A stretch of DNA of 63,112 nucleotides, the filler included, from Licmophora abbreviata (lineage: Eukaryota), in the NCBI GenBank assembly GCA_900291995.1. It is 15 parts of 15 records of this genome, joined end to end, with 100 filler letters (N's around TTAATTAATTAA, not from the genome) between each part and the next. Parts side by side here need not be neighbours in the genome. Positions count along the whole stretch, not along the records: positions 35,316 to 43,382 come from OLMU01005802.1; positions 43,483 to 50,176 come from OLMU01005803.1; 13 more parts are not named here. One strand, written 5' to 3'. The notes under the pieces were generated by a model. It was not told the origin of the DNA. It saw only the letters and a list, made by a program, of their open reading frames with translations, and ran no database searches. Every line of letters begins with the position of its first letter. Positions within the stretch are counted from its first letter, which is position 1. The translations under genes and the position numbers were made by a program. Positions 36,534 through 49,196 of the stretch are shown here, in pieces.

Positions 36534-38933
36534 TCACGAAAACTCAATGCAAGCCACCATGGGATCGAAAAATCGTTGATGAACTCCAGAAAACTCCACG
36601 TTCACATGGATGTATTCGGCAAAGGCACGCGGACAGAACTCCTCAGACATCAGAATATAGTCCCACGCCTGCGCATTGCCAGTATTGATGACCGAATAAC
36701 GCTCATAGCTAGGAATCTCAGTTGCCAAGTTCTTCAATCCAGCTCCTTCTAAGTTGAGGATAGGAGAGACCCATTCATTCTCGAAGAAACTACCAAGCAC
36801 AACGACACGGGTAGAATTGGTGACGATCTTGTTGTCTGAGTCGATTTCTCCCAAGATGAGTTCCCGTATACCATTACTCTCTAGGAGACGGTCATCGACG
36901 CCAGTATTTACATCATTGGCTTCTTGGAGCTCTTCGATGGGCTGTGCTACACCCGCAAGGGCAGCATCAAGTGATGTACCAGGACTGAACACGGTATTAA
37001 TGAGATCGAATTGCTCGCCTGTTGGCCCGAACATGAACCGGGCGGCGTAGGGTTTCGAACGGGCAAAGAAAGTGCTAAGTTGGCCTTGAACTTTGTAGTC
37101 CTCTGTTGCGTAGACAGTCCATGGATTGTAGAGAACCGCAAGAACGGGATCATTCAAGTCTTGAAGAATTCTGTACGTTTGTGGACCATCAAGGGCTTCA
37201 ACCGAATCCACCAAGGCTTCAAGGTCGACACCAGAACAGAGTTGTAGTGCAACAATGTCCGGATGTCGCATATTGAATACGAGGTGCGTCGCAAGAGCTT
37301 CATAGTCTCGTGAATACGCAATATTGTACGTAGCAACCCGCAGAGAGTGCTCTCCCTTCTCGCAGCTTGACATGGACGGCTCGATCGCACTCCGCTCCAC
37401 GACACCAAAATACTCAGTAGGAATAATTGAATAGCGCCCATCAAAATGACCGACAACGCCAACAATATTGTCGAGCTTGGTGCCAACGCTAACGTCTGGA
37501 AACTGCAATTTGAAGATGTCCTCTTGATCAATGAGAATGGTCTCTGGGTTGAAGTCATCAGGAGATAAGCTAATCGTGCCTCGCTCGCTGATCCCGGTGG
37601 CGAAAGCTCCACCATCACTGACCACAGTGATCACCCTGCGGTCGAACTTGAAGGGTCGAGTTTTGTCTACAGAAATGGGACTGTCAATCTCCACATACAT
37701 GCCTTCGAGACTTTCCCAGAATTCAATGCCAGCTTGCATATTCATCGTGGGCGGCAAGAGCCCATGCGCACCGATGAGGACCGGCGGAGGAACATCGTTT
37801 CCACTGGAGGTGATGGCGATTGAACCTGCATCCGTTGCAGTAGTAATACGAGTACTCGGCTGCTGAAAAGGTCGGTTCGGAAACTCCAAGACCTCTTCGA
37901 CGATACCGTTCACCGCCACAATATCACCGACATTCACGGGCGGAGTACTATTGGTGAAGACCTGGATTCCGTCTGAAGTAGCTGGATCACCATCACCCCC
38001 ATCAGGGTCTTGCATGAAAAACCTATCACCATTCACGGCTGTAACGACACCAGGCACGCGCAGGACCAGCTGACCGGCAAACGGAGATGTAAGCTCACTG
38101 TCGAGATGTCAAGGCAAGAGTCGTTAGTAGGGCTACGTCAGCCATTTACATGCATACAAGGAGGCACGGCACCCGAAACAAGATCTAAAACGTACAGTCC
38201 CTGAATTTCATAGATTCGATTCGCAAGCACAAGAAGATGCTCAATCGGATCTTCGAGATGCAAGTAGCACACCGAGGTGGGTCTTGGTGTAGGCTTCTGT
38301 GTCGGTTTCAGCGTCGGTTTCGGCGTTGGCTTCGGTGTCGGTTTCGGCGTTGGCTTCTGTGTTGGTTTCGATGTTGGCTTCTGTGTTGGCTTCTGGGTCG
38401 GTTTTGGCGTTGGCTTCGGCGTTGGTTTCGGTGTCGGTTTTGGCGTAGGTTTCTGTGTTGGCTTCAATGATGGTTCCGGTGTCGGTTTTGGCGTTGGTTT
38501 TGGTGTTGGTTTTGGTGTTGGCTTCGGTGTCGGCTTCGGCGTTGGGATCTGTGTTGGCTTGGATGTTGGTTCCGGTGTCGGTTTTGGCGTTGGCTTCGGC
38601 GTCGGCTTCGGTGTTGGTTGCGGTGTCGGTTTTGGCGTCGGCTTCCGTGTCGGCTTCGGAGTCGGCTTCGGCGTTGGTTTGGGAGTCTTCAAAAATGAGA
38701 AAACATCAGCGAGAACGATGGGTGTTAGTATCATAGAGATCAAGAGCAAAGGCGACGCACAGGGGTCCTTCAGTGCAAGCACGCACCATAGGAGTAGGTT
38801 TTGGCGTCGGCACGGTGCCTAGCCGTAGATACCCATCCGAAGGCACAGCAGCAGCTGCGCTGGCCAACAGGGATCCCGACTGCCTCAACAATGCACAGCA
38901 CGCCAGAAGGAGTGAAAAGGAACTACTCATCAT
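36534..38933 (-). CDS. Secreted PTPK-stalk plus ExeM/NucH-like OB/EEP protein, copy B (exons 38933-38787, 38686-38196, 38097-36534)
   Basis: Signal peptide; roughly 135-aa (PTPK/PTQK)n tract; [24 protein letters not shown]; same downstream motifs as copy A. Confidence 0.87.
38276..38686 (-). repeat. 12-nt-unit coding tandem repeat encoding (PTPK/PTQK)n
   Basis: Degenerate CCN ACN CCN AAR units; related tracts at 35316-35480, 41260-41531 and 44820-44916. Confidence 0.95.
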
Positions 38934-39449
38934 GTTCAATCAGGCTCCAATGAACTCGGCAACCGGACAAGCCCAGGTTCAGAACCATCTTTACCTGAGT
39001 TTGTCGTCGATCGCCAAATCGTCCGTTTGACATTCAACGCATGATCCTGGAGCATTAGGATTATTAATAAACGAATAGGTCATTAACGAATGGGTCGCTT
39101 GTTTCGAGGATAGTGATAAGATTTGAAATCCCACTGGGCGTGTTTCACTCCCAGGTCTCTCTCTCTTTGAACGACTCGAGACACCACACTCTCTCTACCT
39201 TCTTACAACGAGAACATGCCAAATAGTCCTCTACTCAGGTCTACCGTCGACAAGCGTAAACATCATCACCAACCATACATCGACTTATTTTATGATAATT
39301 AATAAACAAAAGAATGCAAATCTCAAGATACGTAAGCATGGTCAAGACTGATACTCAAGAAGACGTATGTACCACACAGACGGATCAGGACGTCGTCGGG
39401 GCCTTCACAGCCACTGAAGATTCATTACTGCGAATGCGCAAAGAACAGC

Positions 39450-42282
39450 CTAGGTCAACTGAACGCAGGCAACCATGGGATCGAAAGAACTGCTGGGATT
39501 CAGGAACTCAGAGTTCACATGAATGTATTCGCCATATGTCCCAGGACAGAATTCGCTCGAGACCAGAATGTGGTCCCAGGCCTGAGAATTGCCTCTGTCT
39601 ATCACAGAGTATCTCTCAAAAGAGCGGATTTCAGTAGCTAAATTCTTGAGGCCGGCACCTTCGAGGTTGAGAATAGGCGAGATCCACTCATTTTCGAACA
39701 TGCTCCCCATGACAATGAGACTTTCGGGATCCTCGACGATCGCGTTTGCAACATCGCCTCCCAAGATAAGCTCACGCACCCCGTTACTCTCAAGGAGACG
39801 AGAATTGACACCACCGTTGATGTCGTTGGCTTCTTGAAGCTTTTCAAAAGGTTGGTTGATCCCAAACGATGAAGCGCTTCCGTCCCTGTCCGTGAAAATT
39901 ACATTGATCGCATCGAAGGTCTTCCCTCGTGGCTTGAATTTAAAGACCCCAACCAAAGGTGGGGGCTCATTGAGAAAGAAAGTAGCCTGGACGGCCGCTG
40001 GTATCAATCTCTTCTCAATAAACTCCATGGTCCAGGTGTTGTAGAGAAAAGCCAATTGGTCGCTCCTATCGGCCTCGTAGTTTGTCGGCATACCGGCACC
40101 ATCGGGAAGATTATCGATTGCAGCCAAAAGTTGATTGATATCGAAGCTGCCTTGCGCACCCTGCAAAGCGATCAAGTCAGGGGATCCCATATTTTCCACA
40201 ATGTGTTTGGCAGTTTCCGTGTAGTCCAACGACTCATCAATGTTGTATGTGCCTACCAACATGGTGAATTCACTAAATCCATTTGAACAAGTCGTAGAGG
40301 AAGGCTCCAATGTGCTTGGCGAGACAACACCAAAACTCTGCACAGGGACAATCTCGTTGGGCCGACGACTCGATGCGTCGTCAACAATCCCAACAATATT
40401 GCTGAATTTAGTTCCAACGCCGACTTCGGGAAACGAAAAGAGAAAAACGTTCTCCCCATCAATGTATATTCTCTCGGGATTCCAGTCATGCGGACTCACG
40501 TTCAGTGTTCCACGATCGCTTAGGCCGGTCGCATAATGACCCTCGTCGGCAACAACATTGATGGACGTAGATGTGATTGCCGAGGAGATCGCCATAGGTT
40601 TGTTTATTTCAACAAGCATACCTTCCAAGCTTTCCCAGAACATAATACCCGCCATCAAGCTCTGCGTTGGAGGGCTTCTTCCGTGTACGCCAATCAAAAC
40701 TGGCTCCGGAAGCGAATTACCGCGTGAGTTGATAATGATCAATTCACTTGAAACCTCAATTCTTGTAGTGGACATCTGCTGAAGGATGGAGGAAGGGTTA
40801 TCAGAAACCCATTCGGTAACCAGGCCCCTCATTATGGTAACAAGATCACCGACTTGCACCGAAACCTCGACCCCGCCGAACATGCCGGTCGGTCGATCGT
40901 CGATATCGTCGTTAGACGGGTAGTAAACTTCAATGCCGTCCGACGTCCTGTCGTTCATATCCCCTCCATCCGGTTCTTGCATAATGAATCTAACTCTCGA
41001 AACAGCTGTGACGACACCAGGAACGCGAAAAACCATTTGATTCACAAACGACGAAGTTAATTCACTGTGGCAAAGGTATGAAGTGAAAGCATATAATGCG
41101 TGAGTTTGACAAAAAAGACACCTGATGCAACCGGACCGCAATCAGAGTAGTATCTGTGACAAGAAATGTACTTACTCTCCCTGAATTTCGTAAATACGGT
41201 TGACTAGGTCAATCTGCGGTTCTTCAATTGCAGGATGAATATCCAGATGGCAGACTGTAGTAGGCTTCGGCGTCGGCTTGGGAACAGGCTTTGGCGTTGG
41301 CTTGGGAGTCGGTTCAAAGGTGGGGTGTAGGGTTGGCTCGGGCGTAGGTGTAGGTGTCGGCTTGGGAGTGGGTTTTGGCGTCGGTTTTCCTGTTGGAAAA
41401 GACGTAGGTCGTGCGGTTGGCTTGAGCGTTGGGAGTCTCGTAGGATGCGGGGTCGGTTTTTGGGAAGGCTTCGGCGTAGGACCAGGCGTTGGCCTTGGGC
41501 TTGGGGCGCGGGTCGGTCTGGCAGTTGTTGGCTGTACGACAAGAAAGAGAGAAGAAACAAAGATCAGTCAGTCTCAAGTCGTCCTCACCGAATACAGAGC
41601 AAGCACTGCTGTTGAATCAGAGTTCACTCACCTTTGCAGTCTCGGGCTTACTCGAGGGTTGTAATGAAGGCTTTTGGTTCAGAAGGAGACAAGGATCAGA
41701 CTATATGAGTACCACTATTTTCAAGAAAAAAGACATGTAGCATGTAGCTTCGACACTCACCTCTGATGTTGGGACCGGCTGACAGAATGAAGACACATCA
41801 AGGCGGAAGAAGTTAGACGACGGGACGGACGGAAGAGCAAGCGACTACGGCCTCGATGGTCAAACTCACCTTTGGAGTCGGCTGCATGGCGGAAACGAGT
41901 TTGCGTATACAGAGAACACATAGTTAGAGAAGGAAAGCGAAAGATTTTTTACCACTGCTCCAGAGACCAAACATAGAAAACCGAGCCACGGGCGCAAGAT
42001 CAGTCCAGATTCTCTTTTCTCAGTTCGTCGCAGCGGCTACAGGTACAAAAAAGAGGATGGCTCCACATACTGGGTCGAAGCCGAGATTGTCATTCACGGT
42101 GACAGCGTTTCTCGACCTTCACGTGGTCGTCTACGTACCTTGGGTGTCGGCTGTGGCGCCACGGGTCCAGCGCGGACTCCTCCTGACGGAGGCGGTTCAG
42201 TCGGGACGTCCCAAAAGTCCTTTGCGTTCGCATTCCCTACAATACAGGCCACTGCCAGCAGTGTGGAAACACCGAACCTCAT
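39450..42282 (-). CDS. Secreted PTPK-stalk plus ExeM/NucH-like OB/EEP protein, copy C (exons 42282-42139, 41881-41870, 41778-41761, 41670-41632, 41531-41176, 41064-39450)
   Basis: Signal peptide [20 protein letters not shown]; micro-exons PTPK, PVPTSE and [29 protein letters not shown]; full OB/EEP module. Confidence 0.85.
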
Positions 42283-42836
42283 GACTCGTCTCTGCTCGCT
42301 GTATCTTTCTGTATCTCTCTCTCTCTCTCTCTCTCTGTATCTGTCTCAGGACCGACAACAACGGACAACTGGTGTTGCGGCCAGGCAAAGAGCACCGCGT
42401 CGCTGAAAACTGTGGCGGCGAAATTCCGGCGATTTCTGTGAGTGACGGCGCGCTTCGGACCTCGCTGATACATGTGTGATCGGCGCGCGTACTGACATTT
42501 TATATTTATGTAAAGGGGACTAAGTTATTTACTGATTTCGAGCTGGGGGATGAACAAAGTGTACTTTGCACCAGAGAGAGCCTGTCGGCACGCCGCCACC
42601 GTTCTTGAGTGATATGCTCTTTCTCACGAGCTCACAGCATAGCACTAAATTGGGAAGGAATCGATCGGCATTGGTCTAAGGCATGCCACACCTTGTGCTG
42701 CTCAGGAAGCGCAATGGGGCGGCTAGCTACAGTACGCAGATATCGTCAAACTTGAAATACAGGTAAACATCAACAACTACTCCGAGTACACTGTATGCTA
42801 CATGCTACGCGGTCGCCCGATGTTGAACTCCGGTTT

Positions 42837-45380
42837 TCATGTATACTCTTCAAAAGGGAAGTTGATACAACCAATCATGGGATCAAAACGGGAAACTTGC
42901 TCGAAAAAGTCAACGTTCACATGTATATACTCGCCAAATGTACCTGGACACAGGTCCCTTGAGACCAGGATGTGGTCCCATGCCTGCGAGATACCTTCTC
43001 GAATCACCGAATACCGTTCATTATCAGGAATGTCATCGACCAGGTTCTTCAATCCAGCGCGTTCCAAGTTAAGAAGTGGAGATACCCATTCATTCTCATA
43101 GAATCCCCCTAACACAATAACACTATCCGGATTCTCAACGATGGCATCTGTGGTGCCTCCAAGGATAAGCTCTCGAACTCCATTGCTCTCGAGGAAACGT
43201 TCATTAAGACCAGCATTGATCTCATCGAAGTCTTGCAGTTCCTCAAATGGCTGATTGACACCGAACGATGAAGCAGCTCCACTCTTGGTCGTGAATCTAA
43301 CATTGATGAGATCAAATTGTTTCTTTGCCGGAAGGAACGTAAAAAGAGCCACCTGAGGCACTTGTCCTCTGAAAAAAAGAATNNNNNNNNNNNNNNNNNN
43401 NNNNNNNNNNNNNNNNNNNNNNNNNNTTAATTAATTAANNNNNNNNNNNNNNNNNNNNNNNNNNNNNNNNNNNNNNNNNNNNATTGTTTCTTTGCCGGAA
43501 GGAACGTAAAAAGAGCCACCTGAGGCACTTGTCCTCTGAAAAAAGAATCCACCTGTACTTGCGGACCTTTGTCCATATCGAGCTGTATACGCCAGAAGTT
43601 GTACATGATACCAAAATTACGGTTGCTCCCTCTCAGGATCTTGTAAGCATCTTGGCCGTTGGACTGCCAAGACGGTACATTCCTTATCGCGTCCAGCAGA
43701 AGAGGAAACTCGAACGATGCGCCCAACCCTTGAAACGCCACAATGTCGGGAAATCCCAAGTTGTTCACAACATGGGCGGCAATTGTGTCGTAGTCCAGAG
43801 ATCCAGCGACATTGTAGGTAGCAACTGGCATGGATACTTGCGAGCCTGCACAGGTCGAGCTTGACTCTTGTAGGTCACTTGGCTCGGAAATTCCAAACTG
43901 TATGACAGGAAGAACCTCATAGGGCTCACGTCGCATCACGTCATCAACAACGCCGACGATACTGCTGAACTTGGTCCCAACGTTTGTCTTCGGAAAGAAG
44001 AACCCAAAGACGTCTTCCTCTCCAACGATAATCCTTTCAGGATGCCAGTCGTGAGGACTAACGTTGAGCGTTCCACGCACACTCAGCCCAGTCGCAGTCA
44101 GGCCACTGTCGGGAACCACGTAGATGTTTTCACTGGATGTTGTAGGAGAAATAGCAATCGGATCCTTGATCTCGACAAGCATCCCCTGCAAGCTTTCCCA
44201 GAACCGGATCCCAGCCTCCATACCCTGAGTCGGTGGGCGTCGCCCCTGTACACCAATGACAATTGGGTCCGGAAGAGCGAAGCTACGAGATTCGATAATG
44301 ATTTGATCGGGCGTCGCCACGAGATATGTTGTGGACTGGGCGAAGGGTGGGGTGCCGAGCCATTCATCCACCACAGCTTGTACAACGGTGATTCTGTCGC
44401 CGACTAGCAAGAACACGACAGAACCACTATCCCTTCGCGTACCTAGAGCACGAAAGGTGGTGGGACCAGCATTCTCTGGATCAATGTTGAAGGCTTCAAT
44501 GCCGTCTGACGTTGCATCATTCTTGTCGCCTCCGTCAGGGTCTTGTAAGAAGAATCTGTCATCGAGTGTACCCGCTGCTGTCACAACGGCGGGGACGTTG
44601 AAGACTGTCTGGCCCGCGAAGCGCGACTTGAGTCCACTGTAGTCGTTAAAAGATCATGTAAAGTAGGAAGTGAGTCTCATGGTTCCAGTGGGAGTTGGCG
44701 ACATGCTTGAAAACAAAATGAGAAACAAAAAACTTACTCTCCCTGAATGTCAAAGATTCGATTGACGAGTGGCCCCGGCGCATCAAGCATGTCACCTACT
44801 TCACCACAGTAGTACGGGTAGGATGGTTTTGGAGTCGGTTTTCCCATTCCGGTAGGCCTAGGCGTTGGCTTCGGCAAAGGGGGGCTCGTTGGTGGTTCCG
44901 TTGGAGGAAACTTCGGCTGGAGGCAAACATGACGCAAGCACAAGATCAAACACAGTTGATTGTTAGCCCACGAGTCAGAACTAAGCATTTCGTCATAGAC
45001 GTTTCTAGATCATTGTTAACTCACCTTGGGAGTCGGCTGAGTAATGAAGAAGAGAGCGGGCATGTGAAACAAACAAATGAGCGAGTGAGCAGGGCGAACG
45101 CAAGTGAACTTATCATGTCATCGATTCGGCTGTGGACTCACAACAGGTGTTGGCTGTAAGATACGTCAGAGAGGAAACAAAAATAGGAATGTGAGCACAG
45201 GTTTTCAGTTACACGATCGCACATGCATCCTCAGCGACGTACATGTGTCGTTGGGGGCGGCGGAACTGTGCCAGCACGAGGGCCCGTCGGAGTTTGGGTC
45301 GACGTATCCCAGAATTCCTTTCCACTCGCGCGTCCCATAAGCAGAACCACCGCGATCAATGCAGAAGTCGAAAATCTCAT
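42837..45380 (-). CDS. Secreted PTPK-stalk plus ExeM/NucH-like OB/EEP protein, copy D (exons 45380-45243, 45153-45142, 45036-45025, 44916-44738, 44636-42837 across overlapping contigs)
   Basis: Signal peptide MRFSTSALIAVVLLMGRASG; micro-exons PTPV and PTPK; IFDIQG|DGLKSRFAGQ. The contigs flanking linker 43383-43482 overlap by about 66 nt. Confidence 0.85.
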
Positions 45381-45814
45381 GATGGTAGATGAGTTTCTAT
45401 TGGGAAACCAATGTGCATCTCCTCGCAATCTCAACACAACAACAACCGTGAATTGACAAGCGACCGACCAGTCGTCAGAGTCGTCAGTCGCGTCCGTCGC
45501 TGAATTTTGTGTTCTAGCGACCCGAGTGGAACAGATCAGCGAGTGAAGACGCAGCAAAGCTCGACAGGCTCGATATCGCGCAGGCCAGCCGAAATATGGT
45601 ACATTATTCTACAGTGTAAATTGAAAGTGTACCAGGGATCTGTAGATGATACGTCGAGCTAACAGCAGCCACCCAAACGTTTGGCGCCCAAATTGGCAGG
45701 AAACAATCAATCTTCCTCAATTTGAAATTCGACAGGATGTCGGGTTTACCACACTGGCATGCCATTCCCCATCGACACTTCTTTTGTCGATACTTCCGTC
45801 GTCTCTAGTCTTGA

Positions 45815-46853
<1,039 letters not shown>

Positions 46854-46974
46854 CGTATTACTGTATTACTACTTGCTTGAACTGGATGAAGTACCTGGTA
46901 GTGGTGAACAATAAACACGACTCTACCAACAACAAAGAAATGACTAGCTACCTTAGATAGAATCTTCTAATAGA

Positions 46975-48606
46975 TTACCAAACCAGCAGTGTTCTGAACG
47001 ATTGGACCAAGGCCATACGGCCGTTCACGAACACCTTCATCAAGCGTCTAATCGGTGCCAGTGTCATCGTGGAGCGCCGCAAAGAAGACGAAGTGGCTCT
47101 CACCGCTTCCACCTTTTCGATATGCTGAGGTTGTGCTTTCGGAAATAGCACGGATAATCCCACTGGACTCGTAAACATGAGCGCATGATCATGTCCCACT
47201 CCCTCAACCACATGACTCTTGTGATTTGTATCGTCAATACCCACCAGTCGCAAGGATTCCATGAATCTCCAGTGTCGATCCCATCGTGAATGGCCCTGCA
47301 GCTCGTCGGCACAAGTTGTGCCCAAATCATGAGACTGACACCACTGATTCTTTCCCGTAACGTTGCATCTATCCAAACCTCCAGCCAAATAGGAAACGTG
47401 ACGTTGTCCGTATCGTTGGATGATATCTGAAACGCCCTTTTGTTGCAGTACTTGATCCTTGTAAGGAGATGGAAAGGCCGTTTGACTCGTACTGTCCTGT
47501 GCCAGCCCAAACGTCCATTCATTGTAGGCTGGGCACTCTTGTTGCCACGAAGGCGGTACTTGCCACGTCCCATTGACTCTTCGCTCCGGCGTCAAGTACG
47601 TCCACGAGCTGGGATTCGCAATGACGGAGGAAATGGCGGGATACCCATTCCACTCCAGCGACGTTAGCAACGACCATCGCTGAGTAAACTGGCCGCCTAC
47701 CGAGTGCCCGACCACAACGATGCGGCGAAGATTGGGAAAGCGAGCGTGACCGCTTGTACTGCCGGCAATAGTTGGCCCAATCATCAAGGCCCCCACCAGC
47801 CGATCCATAGCGTCAAACGATGTAAAATTCTCATATCCCTTGGCGGCAGCCCCAAATCTCCACATTCCATGACCCACACCACCAAATTGCAAAATAGGCG
47901 GTACTGCTGCGTCTCCTTCAGATGGTCCCACTACTCCATGACTGCTTTCGACGAGTTCCACCACCCCATCCGAAGCAGTGAGGAATCTGGGTGCCAGCAC
48001 CAGTATCGACTCGACATTGCCATAGTGACGTTGTAAATCTCGTGCAACCATGAGGGGACAGTAGTAATCATCTGCATTCCGCGCACCGCCGTGCACAACC
48101 ACAACCGCAAGTTCAATAGCAAAATGGAAAGAGTCGTTGTCGAACCCAGTATCGTCGTAAGTACCAGTAGTGATACTTCCATGAGAGGAGTAGTATGGCA
48201 GCAAGACGGTCTCAGTACTGTTCTGATTGGAAACCGAGATGGGCAGTCCGTGTAATGGATATAGCGATGCCGAACTGGGACATAGCGTGTACCTGGGCAG
48301 CACTTGCAAGAGAGGATCAGGCGATCGACTGTTCGTCGCCTGACAACGGCCATGCTCTACACAGACGTATCCCTTGGGACATCCAGTACGGCCATCAGGA
48401 CAACACGTGGCATTCAGACTTCCCATGTTGCTGGATATGCAACCGGAAGTAGAACTAGTAGTGTGGGCGGTGACACAGCAGGTGTTACCGTCCGGACAAA
48501 CGCCCCCTCCGTCTTTCAATGTGCATTGCTCCAATCCAAGGACTAACCTCCTCAAAACTAGAAATAATGTAAGCATCCAGAACCAAACAACAAGAGTTGA
48601 CCCCAT
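46975..48606 (-). CDS. Secreted granulin-like domain plus alpha/beta-hydrolase
   Basis: Signal peptide; CPDGNTCC...CCPDGRTGCPKGYVC; VVHGGARNADDY, GHSVGGQFTQRW (nucleophile elbow), ANPSSW and VEGVGHD. Confidence 0.8.
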   Translation of the reverse strand: MGSTLVVWFWMLTLFLVLRRLVLGLEQCTLKDGGGVCPDGNTCCVTAHTTSSTSGCISSNMGSLNATCCPDGRTGCPKGYVCVEHGRCQATNSRSPDPLLQVLPRYTLCPSSASLYPLHGLPISVSNQNSTETVLLPYYSSHGSITTGTYDDTGFDNDSFHFAIELAVVVVHGGARNADDYYCPLMVARDLQRHYGNVESILVLAPRFLTASDGVVELVESSHGVVGPSEGDAAVPPILQFGGVGHGMWRFGAAAKGYENFTSFDAMDRLVGALMIGPTIAGSTSGHARFPNLRRIVVVGHSVGGQFTQRWSLLTSLEWNGYPAISSVIANPSSWTYLTPERRVNGTWQVPPSWQQECPAYNEWTFGLAQDSTSQTAFPSPYKDQVLQQKGVSDIIQRYGQRHVSYLAGGLDRCNVTGKNQWCQSHDLGTTCADELQGHSRWDRHWRFMESLRLVGIDDTNHKSHVVEGVGHDHALMFTSPVGLSVLFPKAQPQHIEKVEAVRATSSSLRRSTMTLAPIRRLMKVFVNGRMALVQSFRTLLVW

Positions 48607-49196
48607 CCTAACAACATTCGTTTTCAAAAGAAGGGAAGGCAGTCCACAGTGGTCACTCTTGAGGCTTGTGTGATGCTCTTCGTCGCACGTATCATGTGAC
48701 TATTCATCTGAAATCGTCGTGCTTTCGTTCGTCATCTTGAGTTTTGCGACTTGAACTCCACTCACTAACTCATTCGGTTCGAGTCACGTTCTAAAGTACC
48801 GGCAAGTCAGGTCACGGATGCGACAATGTCTGACCACGCTCCTCAGCCACGTCAGCAAAAACGGAGTTGACAGATTTGCGCGGGAAATTGTGCGAGCGCG
48901 CCAGGCATTGTCCGTTCAAATTTCAAAAAATTCCCGAAAGCATCTTCAGTCTCGTAGCATCGATCCGGCGTTGGCCGCCACATCACAACTTTGTAAACTT
49001 TTGTGGTCGCGCCTGGAAGGTCGAAACGAACGCACGACGGAGCATCATCCAAAGAGATTTTGAATTCATCGGCTCCGACTGACACCATCGCAAGGGATGA
49101 CAACAACAATAACAAGTTGACACCAAAGCGCACGATAGATAGATAGATAGAAAGTGACTCTACTTGCTGGTTGAACAGTCACGTTCAGAAAGAGCC

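Noticed and set aside
38277..38822. Plus-strand (GVGF)n elastin/silk-like ORF, also at 41278-41664
   Set aside because: Antisense shadow of the PTPK repeat; the minus strand has the signal peptide and splice sites.
41953..42037. Extra exon in copy C after a strong acceptor (TTTTTTGTACCTGTAG)
   Set aside because: The translation is not stalk-like and no clear donor gives a sensible micro-exon; left unresolved.
32251..42336. (TTG)n near 32251-32270 and (CT)n near 42314-42336
   Set aside because: Ordinary 5'-UTR microsatellites.
35316..44916. PTPK tracts as silaffin-type KxxK motifs
   Set aside because: Lysine spacing is KxxxK in a Pro/Thr context, not Ser-rich KxxK, so a silica role is unsupported.
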